IMG/VR virus record: IMGVR_UViG_3300030372_004948
Location: 1-38,571 of that record
Strand: one strand, 5' to 3'
DNA from: a virus
Lineage: Duplodnaviria; Caudoviricetes
DNA length: 38,571 nucleotides
Part shown: positions 8,415 to 15,181 of the stretch, in pieces
How the letters are laid out: every line of letters begins with the position of its first letter
Position numbering within the stretch: the first letter of the stretch is position 1
Notes under the pieces: generated by a model
Database searches by the model: none
What the model saw: the letters and a program-made list of their open reading frames with translations, nothing else
What the model was told of the DNA's origin: nothing
Translations under genes and position numbers: made by a program

Positions 8415-8761
8415 GACTGCACCCGCGCCGGCTTGGTCACGTGCTTGCTGTGCGCGTGCCATGACTTGCCGGTCTCATCGCATACAACACGGTGAACCCG
8501 TTTCACGTAATGGTCGCCGGCCCTGACGGTGCCGTCCTTGTGGTCCCGCCGGCATACGTGGCGCGTCGTGCTGACGTGCTTGGTCCACTCCTTGTCCCAG
8601 AAGTCGTACTCGTACCCGCAGTGGGCGAGCCTGTCGAAGAGGTTGGTGTCCTCTTCGATGTTGAACCCCTCCATGGGGTGCTCAGGCTCCGGTGGTGAGC
8701 AATCGCCGTATCCGGGTAGGGTTCTGCCGCCAATCGGTCGGCCTTGGTATGTCCATCCCAT
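8411..8761 (-). CDS. Hypothetical protein (116 aa)
   Basis: AGGAG SD with a promoter directly upstream. Confidence 0.75.
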   Translation of the reverse strand: MGWTYQGRPIGGRTLPGYGDCSPPEPEHPMEGFNIEEDTNLFDRLAHCGYEYDFWDKEWTKHVSTTRHVCRRDHKDGTVRAGDHYVKRVHRVVCDETGKSWHAHSKHVTKPARVQS

Positions 8762-8791
8762 GATGGTCTCCTGTGTAGTGGTCTGGGGTCG

Positions 8792-8819
8792 AGTGTAGTC
8801 ACCGTCTGCCTGCTGTCAA
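8792..8819 (-). promoter_or_regulatory. Sigma70-like leftward promoter
   Basis: TTGACA-N16-TACACT in the intergenic gap with T-rich sequence upstream. Confidence 0.65.
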
Positions 8820-8864
8820 TACAAAAGACGGGCGGCGACCACACAAACGGGCAAGAAAAGTAAA

Positions 8865-9647
8865 TTAGGCGAGCGCTCTAGCGCTTAGCTCGCGGAATGC
8901 GAGCGCTGCTTGGGCGGGCACGACGCCGTTGCCGAGTAAGCGTATGCGGTCCACCCGATCGGGAGCCCCATGAGAGCCTCCACAAACTCCGGGTTGAGGA
9001 CCACCGGCACGGGTCCACCGTCGCCATCCTTCGGTATCGTCGGGACTTGGCGGGAACGCATGGCATCCGTTAGGCTGGTGCCGGGGTGCATCACCCCCGT
9101 TTTGGTCGTGTGACGGCCAGAGCTCCGACAGTCCGAGACCGCTGGAGTAGGCCAAGAGGAAGAGCCGGTTTCGACGGTGCGGTGCTCCAGCGTCGGACGC
9201 TTTGAAACAACCCCACTCTGCATCGTACCCCATAGCGGCAAGGTCTCGGAGCATGACGGAGAGCCCCCGCTTGCGGAGTCCGGGCACGTTTTCGAGGAAG
9301 ACGATCGGGGCTTGGCACTCCCCGATAATGCGAGCGACATCTGCCCAGATCCACCGCTCGTCGTCGGTGTGCTTGCGCTTTCCGGCGGTTGAGAAGGGCT
9401 GACAAGGCGGCCCCCCGACGAGCATATCAGGGCGCCAACCTCTGCCGTCGAAGGTGGTGACGTCAGTCCAGATAGGAGCCTGAGCCAAGGCGCCCGCTTC
9501 CATCTGCGCGACCATGTTTGCGATGACGAAGGCTTCCCTCTCCACCATACAGACCGCGCGAGCGCCTCCGATAGCTGCGGCGACACCTCTCTCGAGCCCG
9601 CCGTATCCGCTGAAGAGGCTGAGGATTGTGGTGGTACGTGTGCCCAT
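8865..9647 (-). CDS. DNA (cytosine-5) methyltransferase, alpha-like chain (motifs I-VIII and X)
   Basis: SLFSGYGG (I), GGPPCQPFS (IV), LENV (VI), PHRRNRLF (VIII), LLGNGVVP (X); likely start ATG 9647. Confidence 0.9.
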   Translation of the reverse strand: MGTRTTTILSLFSGYGGLERGVAAAIGGARAVCMVEREAFVIANMVAQMEAGALAQAPIWTDVTTFDGRGWRPDMLVGGPPCQPFSTAGKRKHTDDERWIWADVARIIGECQAPIVFLENVPGLRKRGLSVMLRDLAAMGYDAEWGCFKASDAGAPHRRNRLFLLAYSSGLGLSELWPSHDQNGGDAPRHQPNGCHAFPPSPDDTEGWRRWTRAGGPQPGVCGGSHGAPDRVDRIRLLGNGVVPAQAALAFRELSARALA

Positions 9648-9652
9648 GACAT
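8885..9652 (-). CDS. Nested alternative-frame C5-MTase beta-like chain (motif IX); start 9652 or 9340
   Basis: Second frame open over almost the whole gene, containing WPTP and LNPEFVEALMGLPIGWT, the motif IX missing from the main frame. Confidence 0.7.
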   Translation of the reverse strand: MSWAHVPPQSSASSADTAGSREVSPQLSEALARSVWWRGKPSSSQTWSRRWKRAPWLRLLSGLTSPPSTAEVGALICSSGGRLVSPSQPPESASTPTTSGGSGQMSLALSGSAKPRSSSSKTCPDSASGGSPSCSETLPLWGTMQSGVVSKRPTLEHRTVETGSSSWPTPAVSDCRSSGRHTTKTGVMHPGTSLTDAMRSRQVPTIPKDGDGGPVPVVLNPEFVEALMGLPIGWTAYAYSATASCPPKQRSHSAS

Positions 9653-9891
9653 TAGTCCCCCTCTGTGGTGGTGATGTTGATAGCGTCAATGACCCCTTCA
9701 AGAGTCGGTCGGAGCATGGAGCATAGCCCAGGCGCGTGGAGTTCAGCCACGCTCCACGACCCCGCCAAGGCGTGGCCACGGTTGAAGTGAACCGAGACGG
9801 GATCGCCCGGCACGTGTTGGCGCACCGCTGCAACGTCTGAAGCCCTGAAGGCGAGCGTCTGGCCGTGTTTTGTGGTGATGGTGATCAGCAT
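9652..9891 (-). CDS. Hypothetical protein (79 aa)
   Basis: GAGGAGG SD; tightly packed in the operon. Confidence 0.7.
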   Translation of the reverse strand: MLITITTKHGQTLAFRASDVAAVRQHVPGDPVSVHFNRGHALAGSWSVAELHAPGLCSMLRPTLEGVIDAINITTTEGD

Positions 9892-9894
9892 GGT

Positions 9895-10359
9895 CTAGCC
9901 CTCCTCTGTGGTGGCTTTGGTGATGGTCTCGGCTATGAACGCACGCAGGCGCTCAGGGTCGAGGTCGCCCGTGTCGGGGTCGATGAACCTGTCCCTGTCG
10001 TGCCCCTGCTGAACTCCGGTCCAACCTGCGCCGTCGGCAGTGTACAGGCTCACAAACTCGGCAGCCCATTTGAGCGCGTGGAGTAGGTCCGGCGCTGCGT
10101 TTTCTAGTCTGGCGGACGCGTCGTCATTCACATGCAGCTCAAGCGATTCTACTGAGAACTCAAAGGAATCGTCAGTCCAGTCGCAGTACCCGTCTTCAAT
10201 CTCTACTTCTGCACTATCAACGCAATCTTGAAGCGTTGTCAGATCCTTAGCCATTCGTTCTGCCTTGCGCTCCCAGCCATCACCCCCGGATAGGGAGATG
10301 AAGTCCGCTTTGACTGAGATTTCGCCGTAGACTGGGATGGTAAAAGTGTGCTCTAGCAT
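9895..10359 (-). CDS. Acidic hypothetical protein (154 aa; contains the AAPDLLHAL motif common in phage early proteins)
   Basis: GAGGA SD; operon position. Confidence 0.75.
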   Translation of the reverse strand: MLEHTFTIPVYGEISVKADFISLSGGDGWERKAERMAKDLTTLQDCVDSAEVEIEDGYCDWTDDSFEFSVESLELHVNDDASARLENAAPDLLHALKWAAEFVSLYTADGAGWTGVQQGHDRDRFIDPDTGDLDPERLRAFIAETITKATTEEG

Positions 10360-10380
10360 TGCTCTATCCTCTGAAAAACC

Positions 10381-10444
10381 GCGCAGAATCGCACGCCTGG
10401 CGCCCCCTCCACCGGAGAGAGCACCCGCGCGTGAGAGCCTACGC
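10381..10444 (-). other. Long imperfect intergenic RNA hairpin (RNase III-like site or attenuator)
   Basis: Interrupted stem with core GGUGCUCUCUCC/GGAGGGGGCGCC and several G-U pairs, starting at the upstream stop codon, followed by GGUUUUU. Confidence 0.55.
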
Positions 10445-11479
10445 AGCTACCGCAAAATCGCTCGCGATAGCTTCGCTCAGCTGCTCCTGTGTGGTCGCCT
10501 TCACTCGGAGCCCTACCACAAAGGGCCCCTTCTTAGGTGCGCGCGTGAACCACAGATCGTCAATATCACCGTCGATCACGTCGTACCCTTCCCAAGTAGC
10601 AGGCAAGGGCAGCTTGTTCCCGTCTTCATCGCGTGCCTTATCGGGCACGTCGAAGACCACGCAGACGCCATGCCCTTGGGCTAGCATCTTGAGCGTGAGC
10701 GCTGTGCGTCCATCCTTTCGAGAGTAGACTCGTCGCACAAAGTCGTCGCGTCGCATGTTGGACGTGATTGCAGTGTAGTCGTAGAAGTCGACGGTGGATG
10801 AGTGTCGCTGTGCTAGGTAGCCGGCTAACTCCGCGCAATCTTGTGCCACGTTCGCACGAAAGGCGAGAAGCGCTCCTTTGCGCGCAGCGCTCATCCACAA
10901 TCGCTCGATCTCGCGATTCAAGAGGGTAAGAAACACGTCCAGATTGGCGAGCATGGCCAGTGTTCGCCCCACTCGGGCGATCTCCGATGAACTGAGGCGA
11001 CCTTGGCCGGTCTGCGAACCGACGCATCCGAAGACGCATGCCGGCGTGGCACCACGGCATGCGTTCCAATCGCCTTGCACGTAGGCGCTAGCCTCGCGCG
11101 CCGTCGCCATCGTGAGACCACGGTTAACAAAGCCCGATCGCTCTTTGGATGCCTTGTCCAGTTTGGTCTGGCTGGAGGTGTGGATCTGGCGCGTACCGTG
11201 GAGGATGAGCGCTGCCTGCCACACTACCGCTTCGCGTTTGGTCATCCGGCATTGGTGCGACATCGTGACGCGCCAGCGCGGCCCGATGAAATCGGGAGCG
11301 CTCTGAATGCCGTTGCGCGAGTGAATGCGCATCAATGCATCTTCGATCGCCTCTTGGACGTCGGACAAGAGAGGAAAGGGGGCGAGATGGGCGACTAGCT
11401 CATCATAGGCCTTTTGAACGTAGGTCGTGGGGGTGAGGTACTTGTTAAACGTGGTCTGGTGTGGTGTAAGCTTGCTCAT
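10439..11479 (-). CDS. GP88-like protein (Cys-cluster, radical-SAM-like phage family)
   Basis: CRGATPACVFGC, FRANVAQD, DFYDYT, VIDGDIDDLWF, VVGLRVK match my recollection of the GP88 family. Confidence 0.75.
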   Translation of the reverse strand: MSKLTPHQTTFNKYLTPTTYVQKAYDELVAHLAPFPLLSDVQEAIEDALMRIHSRNGIQSAPDFIGPRWRVTMSHQCRMTKREAVVWQAALILHGTRQIHTSSQTKLDKASKERSGFVNRGLTMATAREASAYVQGDWNACRGATPACVFGCVGSQTGQGRLSSSEIARVGRTLAMLANLDVFLTLLNREIERLWMSAARKGALLAFRANVAQDCAELAGYLAQRHSSTVDFYDYTAITSNMRRDDFVRRVYSRKDGRTALTLKMLAQGHGVCVVFDVPDKARDEDGNKLPLPATWEGYDVIDGDIDDLWFTRAPKKGPFVVGLRVKATTQEQLSEAIASDFAVAA

Positions 11480-11528
11480 TGTGGTCTATCCTCTGCGCAT
11501 CCCTGCGCTGCTAGTGGTCTGTGGTCGT

Positions 11529-11587
11529 GCATAGGCGCACGGTGTAGAGCCCGAGCGATGCTCAGGCGCTACCCCTTGCCTCTATGC
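11529..11587 (-). other. Long imperfect intergenic RNA hairpin (RNase III-like site)
   Basis: Nested stems GCAUAG/CUAUGC, GCA/UGC, GUAG/CUAC, GCCUGAGC/GCUCGGGC starting at the upstream stop codon. Confidence 0.55.
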
Positions 11588-12091
11588 TGCCCAATTGCGC
11601 TTGGTCGGTATGAAGTGACCAATCGGCCATTCCTGCACCGTCTTATGGACGCGCCCTGTCGATGTGCTGACGCGCCGCACTTTGATGAGGCCTGAGCGCT
11701 TCGAGACACCTTCGTAGACGTAGTGCCGCCAACCACACGAGCGAGCCCATCCCTTGTCCCGGTATAGGCTCTGACCCTTGGCGTACGCGCCATTCTCAGC
11801 GATAGCCTCTGACAGCGCGAGCAGGTCGTCTGTTGAGGCTATGATCTCTGCCCCACCATCACCACAACCACATATAAACGTGGTCTCGTTGTGGTCGTAT
11901 CCACGCGACCTGCTGTCGTCGTCGACTTCGACCCAGTAACCGAGCGCTTCAAGGTCTCGGATGATGCGCCAGGGAAGGCGCGCGCTTGCTCTGATCCCGA
12001 TTGTGCTTTGTGGCCAGTGTGGAAGCCGGTCGTCTCTGATCTCAATGCCGCGACGTGCGATCTCGATTGCAATGTTGTGCAAGGTCTTCAT
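11582..12091 (-). CDS. Hypothetical protein (169 aa)
   Basis: GGAGA SD; operon position. Confidence 0.75.
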   Translation of the reverse strand: MKTLHNIAIEIARRGIEIRDDRLPHWPQSTIGIRASARLPWRIIRDLEALGYWVEVDDDSRSRGYDHNETTFICGCGDGGAEIIASTDDLLALSEAIAENGAYAKGQSLYRDKGWARSCGWRHYVYEGVSKRSGLIKVRRVSTSTGRVHKTVQEWPIGHFIPTKRNWAA

Positions 12092-12115
12092 GGTCTGTTC
12101 TCCGTGGTGGTGGTG

Positions 12116-12427
12116 CTAGTAAGAGGGTCCGATAAGCCAAACAAGGCGCTGCAGCTGACTGTCATCCGAAAGGCACGGGACACGGTCGACGCCGTCTTCT
12201 CTCAACGCCTCGCCAATGCAGACGGCGCTGATCGTCAAGACACCGTCTGAGTCGAGGTATGAGAGCAGGTGCTCAGATACGTGGTATCGGTCTCCAATCC
12301 ATTGGAGCGCTTCGACCTCAGCGTCAGTGGGACGGTAAAGCATCCCGTATGAGTAGACTGAGCACTCCATGACGCCTTGGAGGTCGTCTGTGCTCATCGC
12401 TGCGATTGTCTTGCTTGTGTGAATCAT
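12116..12427 (-). CDS. Hypothetical protein (103 aa, MIHTSKTIAAM...), first gene of the leftward operon
   Basis: AGGAG SD before ATG 12427; promoter upstream. Confidence 0.75.
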   Translation of the reverse strand: MIHTSKTIAAMSTDDLQGVMECSVYSYGMLYRPTDAEVEALQWIGDRYHVSEHLLSYLDSDGVLTISAVCIGEALREDGVDRVPCLSDDSQLQRLVWLIGPSY

Positions 12428-12453
12428 GGTCTCTCCTGATTGGTTGTGAGACC

Positions 12454-12483
12454 ACAGTAAATCCTGCGACAACACAGCGTCAA
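12454..12483 (-). promoter_or_regulatory. Sigma70-like leftward early promoter
   Basis: TTGACG-N18-TACTGT with T-rich upstream sequence at the head of the operon. Confidence 0.5.
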
Positions 12484-12536
12484 CACAATAACCAAGGAAA
12501 AGTGAAAATGGAGACCAGTGCAACGTTCACGGTTCG

Positions 12537-12565
12537 TCGTCAAAATGGCGGAACAGTGGTAGACT
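12537..12565 (+). promoter_or_regulatory. Possible rightward promoter with extended -10
   Basis: TCGTCA-N17-TAGACT with a TGn extension. Confidence 0.4.
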
Positions 12566-12591
12566 CTGAGCAATCGTGATCAGGGAGCAGT

Positions 12592-12981
12592 GTGACGTTT
12601 ATGCAGGTCAGGCCAGAAGACGTGAGAGATTACGGTTCAAGCGCCGCGATCGTGCTCTCAGTGTTGCGTTCACAGGGCTGCACAGCGTCGATGCCAGTGC
12701 TGGTTCAATACGCTGCGATAGGGCGCCTGTGTGGACTCGACCAGCGCTCAGTCAGGCGGGGTATCGACAGGCTCACTGAGGGCAAGGCTATCAGCGTCTC
12801 GCGGTATCGTCAGCAGCGCTCTCTGATGGTCAAGCTGAGACACTGCGCCGAGGTCGTGACCAGAACGGCAGCAGATGGACAGAACGTCACGACGCAAGTC
12901 GACGTCGAATCACTCGCTCAAGAATCCCCCCCATTAAGGCGATTAGACTCCGTAAGGTCGTTGCTTGACGCCCTTGGCTGA
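12592..12981 (+). CDS. Winged helix-turn-helix protein (replication-initiator-like N-terminal domain)
   Basis: AAIVLSVL...QYAAIGRLCGLDQRSVRRGIDRLTEGKAISV fits a wHTH; AGGGAG SD. Confidence 0.65.
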   Translation: MTFMQVRPEDVRDYGSSAAIVLSVLRSQGCTASMPVLVQYAAIGRLCGLDQRSVRRGIDRLTEGKAISVSRYRQQRSLMVKLRHCAEVVTRTAADGQNVTTQVDVESLAQESPPLRRLDSVRSLLDALG

Positions 12982-13065
12982 CGCCCCCGGTCGCCATGGT
13001 CAGGCCGTAGCCAACGCGGCTTTGTGATCCGGGCGCGGTTAATGGCCCCGTGCTCAAAAATACGG

Positions 13066-13103
13066 GCGCGGATGTTGAAGACGCGCGGATGTTGAAGACG
13101 CGC
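13066..13103. repeat. 17-bp tandem repeat GCGCGGATGTTGAAGAC x2
   Basis: Exact copies at 13066-13082 and 13083-13099, plus a partial GCGC. Confidence 0.9.
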
Positions 13104-13640
13104 CTATCTTGATTACGCGCGAGGCTCGAGTGGCGAAGAAGAAAGACCCTCCAGGCCGTGGGGGGTGATCGTCCCTTGCCCCCGTGGCGATTGCACCAAA
13201 CACACACCTCCGATCGCTCGCAAATTTTGAGCTCGAGCCCTTAGGGCACCCCCGATGCGTACCAGCACACCGGGGGCAGTCTCAGTGCGTTGGTGCACAC
13301 AAAGACAGCGCGAGCCGGAGAACAAGGTAAAGAGAGTCACCCCGGCCCTCGCTAGCAGTCCGCCCGGCGGAAGCGAGCTTCCAAGGCGGCGTTGCCGACG
13401 CGAGGGTAACATGTCGACTTAAAGTGGTCAACTTTAGAGCAGCATAGCGTTTCGCTGCTTCTGCTTCTCTCTTTCTCATTCAAAAAAGGGAGAGAGAGAA
13501 GTGGGAATAGCTGGGGCCATGTGTTCAGCCTGGTGTAGTCCAGTGCGAGAACAAGGCGCACGCTGTTTTCCGCCGCTAGTATAAGAACAGAGTCAGACTC
13601 GGGCTGGCGCCCTCGGCTGGATGAGCTGTTCATGCGTGAA

Positions 13641-13706
13641 TAAAAATCTCTCGCTCGCTCATCCGCTACGCTCTGCTGCGCGTTTACGCTTCGCTCGAGA
13701 TTTTTA
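13641..13706. repeat. 10-bp inverted repeat enclosing CGCT repeats
   Basis: TAAAAATCTC (13641-13650) and GAGATTTTTA (13697-13706). Confidence 0.8.
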
Positions 13707-13712
13707 CCCGGA

Positions 13713-13740
13713 TTGACCCATTTGTCTAGTTGACTACTGT
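13713..13740 (+). promoter_or_regulatory. Sigma70-like rightward promoter
   Basis: TTGACC-N16-TACTGT; shares TGACTAC and the 16-bp spacer with the 8792-8819 promoter. Confidence 0.5.
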
Positions 13741-13793
13741 TTCAATATCGCGCAACATGGACCAAGACCACATGCACAAAGAGGATAGTGCTT

Positions 13794-14537
13794 ATGAGCG
13801 ACTCACCGGGTTCGGTGCGTTCTAAGATCGCAGCCTTACCACTTGACCTTGTCAGCCCAGTACGCGGCAGAGCAGACGCCTTTGGCGATGTTCTTCCTGT
13901 GTCTAGCCTTAAAGGACGCGCGCTTCTTCTTCATGCGCTCCGTCTCTCCGGCCTTAGGCTTCCCAGCGGTACTGGCGCCTTGCTCTCCGAACCGGATCGT
14001 CTTCAGTTTACCGTTGCAGTTGGCGACGACGATATGACTCTGCTCAGGATGCCCAGGCGTGCGCTTGGGTTTGCCTACTCCGCTGACTCCTGCGGCCTTG
14101 AGCTTCCGCTTAGCGGCGCTCTGCCGTTCTTTAGCCATCTACTCGTCACCCATAGAGTCGATGAGACCCTTGAGCTCCGCGTCGTAGGCTTTCCCTTCGT
14201 CGGTCTTGGGCTTCCAGGAATCGTACATGTTGACGAGCTTCTGCTTGATCTTGCCCTTGGCGACCTTCTTGCGCGCCTTGCTGCGTTCAGGGGAGGGTCC
14301 ACCGATGACGATGGTGAGTCCCATGGGTTTACCGTGCGGGTTATCGGAGTGCTTTTTCTTCCCGTAGTCCATTCAGCTCACCTTCTTCCTTGCTGCTTTC
14401 ATGCGTTGGTAGATGTGGTTGACCAGCGCGTAGTTCTTGTTAGAGCCGCGTTTCCCTGCGGCGTACTTGGCTTTACTCCAGAGCTTCTCATCCCGCTTGG
14501 TTTTGACCAGGTTGCTAGGCATCAGGAGTCCTCGTGA
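13794..14537 (+). CDS. Possible translated antisense ORF (247 aa) covering three minus-strand genes
   Basis: Promoter plus GAGGA SD 8 nt before the ATG; its TGA overlaps the MTase GTG; the protein has no recognisable features. Confidence 0.3.
   Translation: MSDSPGSVRSKIAALPLDLVSPVRGRADAFGDVLPVSSLKGRALLLHALRLSGLRLPSGTGALLSEPDRLQFTVAVGDDDMTLLRMPRRALGFAYSADSCGLELPLSGALPFFSHLLVTHRVDETLELRVVGFPFVGLGLPGIVHVDELLLDLALGDLLARLAAFRGGSTDDDGESHGFTVRVIGVLFLPVVHSAHLLPCCFHALVDVVDQRVVLVRAAFPCGVLGFTPELLIPLGFDQVARHQESS
13836..14138 (-). CDS. Small basic conserved phage protein (KPKRTP.HP..SH...IRFG...FKARH...SAAYWADKVKW family)
   Basis: Motif set I recognise from uncultured phage proteins; function unknown. 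Confidence 0.85.
   Translation of the reverse strand: MAKERQSAAKRKLKAAGVSGVGKPKRTPGHPEQSHIVVANCNGKLKTIRFGEQGASTAGKPKAGETERMKKKRASFKARHRKNIAKGVCSAAYWADKVKW
14139..14372 (-). CDS. Small basic hypothetical protein (77 aa)
   Basis: Abuts both neighbours with zero spacing. Confidence 0.75.
   Translation of the reverse strand: MDYGKKKHSDNPHGKPMGLTIVIGGPSPERSKARKKVAKGKIKQKLVNMYDSWKPKTDEGKAYDAELKGLIDSMGDE
14373..14522 (-). CDS. Small basic protein (49 aa, MPSNLVKTKRDEKLWSKAK...); not in the ORF track
   Basis: GAGGA SD, ATG at 14522, stop immediately followed by the next ATG. Confidence 0.75.
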   Translation of the reverse strand: MPSNLVKTKRDEKLWSKAKYAAGKRGSNKNYALVNHIYQRMKAARKKVS

Positions 14538-15181
14538 TCGGCGGGGTCAATCAATACTACCCTACCCCCCCAGAGGCTGTCTTGCCCTTGCTCGACTGGT
14601 TCCTCCGTCGAGGCGTAACGGCCCTCGGGGATGTCGTAGATCCAGCTGCTGGAATGGGCGCTCTGCCACTGTGGTTGGCTCCCCTCGGCGCACACTGGAG
14701 CGTCTACGATATCGACGGACGCTTCCGAGACACTCTCGAGGGACAGGCGGGCATACGCTCGGTGAGCATTAATGATAGTCTCACGCGGCTCTGGCCACCA
14801 CACAGTCATGTCGTTGCAAACCCACCCTACGGGCGTGAGCTCGTCCGGTTCGTCCACCGCATCGAGGAACACTGCCGGTATTGGCACACCCTGGGAGCAG
14901 TGCTCACCAGGGTCACTTGGTGGGGTGAGGGTGACCGTGGTCGTGTCTACAAGCCCGATGTCCTCCTCTGGATCGAGGGCAGGCTTTCGTTTACTGCGGA
15001 CGGTCATTCGGACACCTCGTCTCATTGCTGGGCCATATGGCTTCCACAGCCTAGTGATACCACACGGATAGAGTGGACGCCGAGAGGTAAGCCCACTGTT
15101 GAGCAGCAGAAAGAGCACCGAGCCATGCTCGGCATACCCGATAACCAGATAGAGCTTTTCCAGGAGAATAGAGATGACTGA
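14534..15181 (+). CDS. DNA N6-adenine (amino) methyltransferase
   Basis: YYPTP, VDPAAGMGAL (motif I), VVANPPY (motif IV); AGGAG SD. Confidence 0.88.
   Translation: MIGGVNQYYPTPPEAVLPLLDWFLRRGVTALGDVVDPAAGMGALPLWLAPLGAHWSVYDIDGRFRDTLEGQAGIRSVSINDSLTRLWPPHSHVVANPPYGRELVRFVHRIEEHCRYWHTLGAVLTRVTWWGEGDRGRVYKPDVLLWIEGRLSFTADGHSDTSSHCWAIWLPQPSDTTRIEWTPRGKPTVEQQKEHRAMLGIPDNQIELFQENRDD

Noticed and set aside
9648-9833. N-terminal extension of the C5 MTase given in the ORF track
   Set aside because: Overlaps a better-supported 79-aa gene; motif I and the SD point to ATG 9647
13066-13103. Possible mini-CRISPR array
   Set aside because: Only two abutting 17-bp units with no spacer and no cas genes
13500-13560. 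Group I intron-like words (GTTCAG, GTGTAGTCCAG)
   Set aside because: No P7 pairing or other core elements found, and no interrupted gene
12887-13633. Several short minus-strand ORFs in the control region
   Set aside because: Mutually overlapping, mostly weak starts, no protein-like motifs
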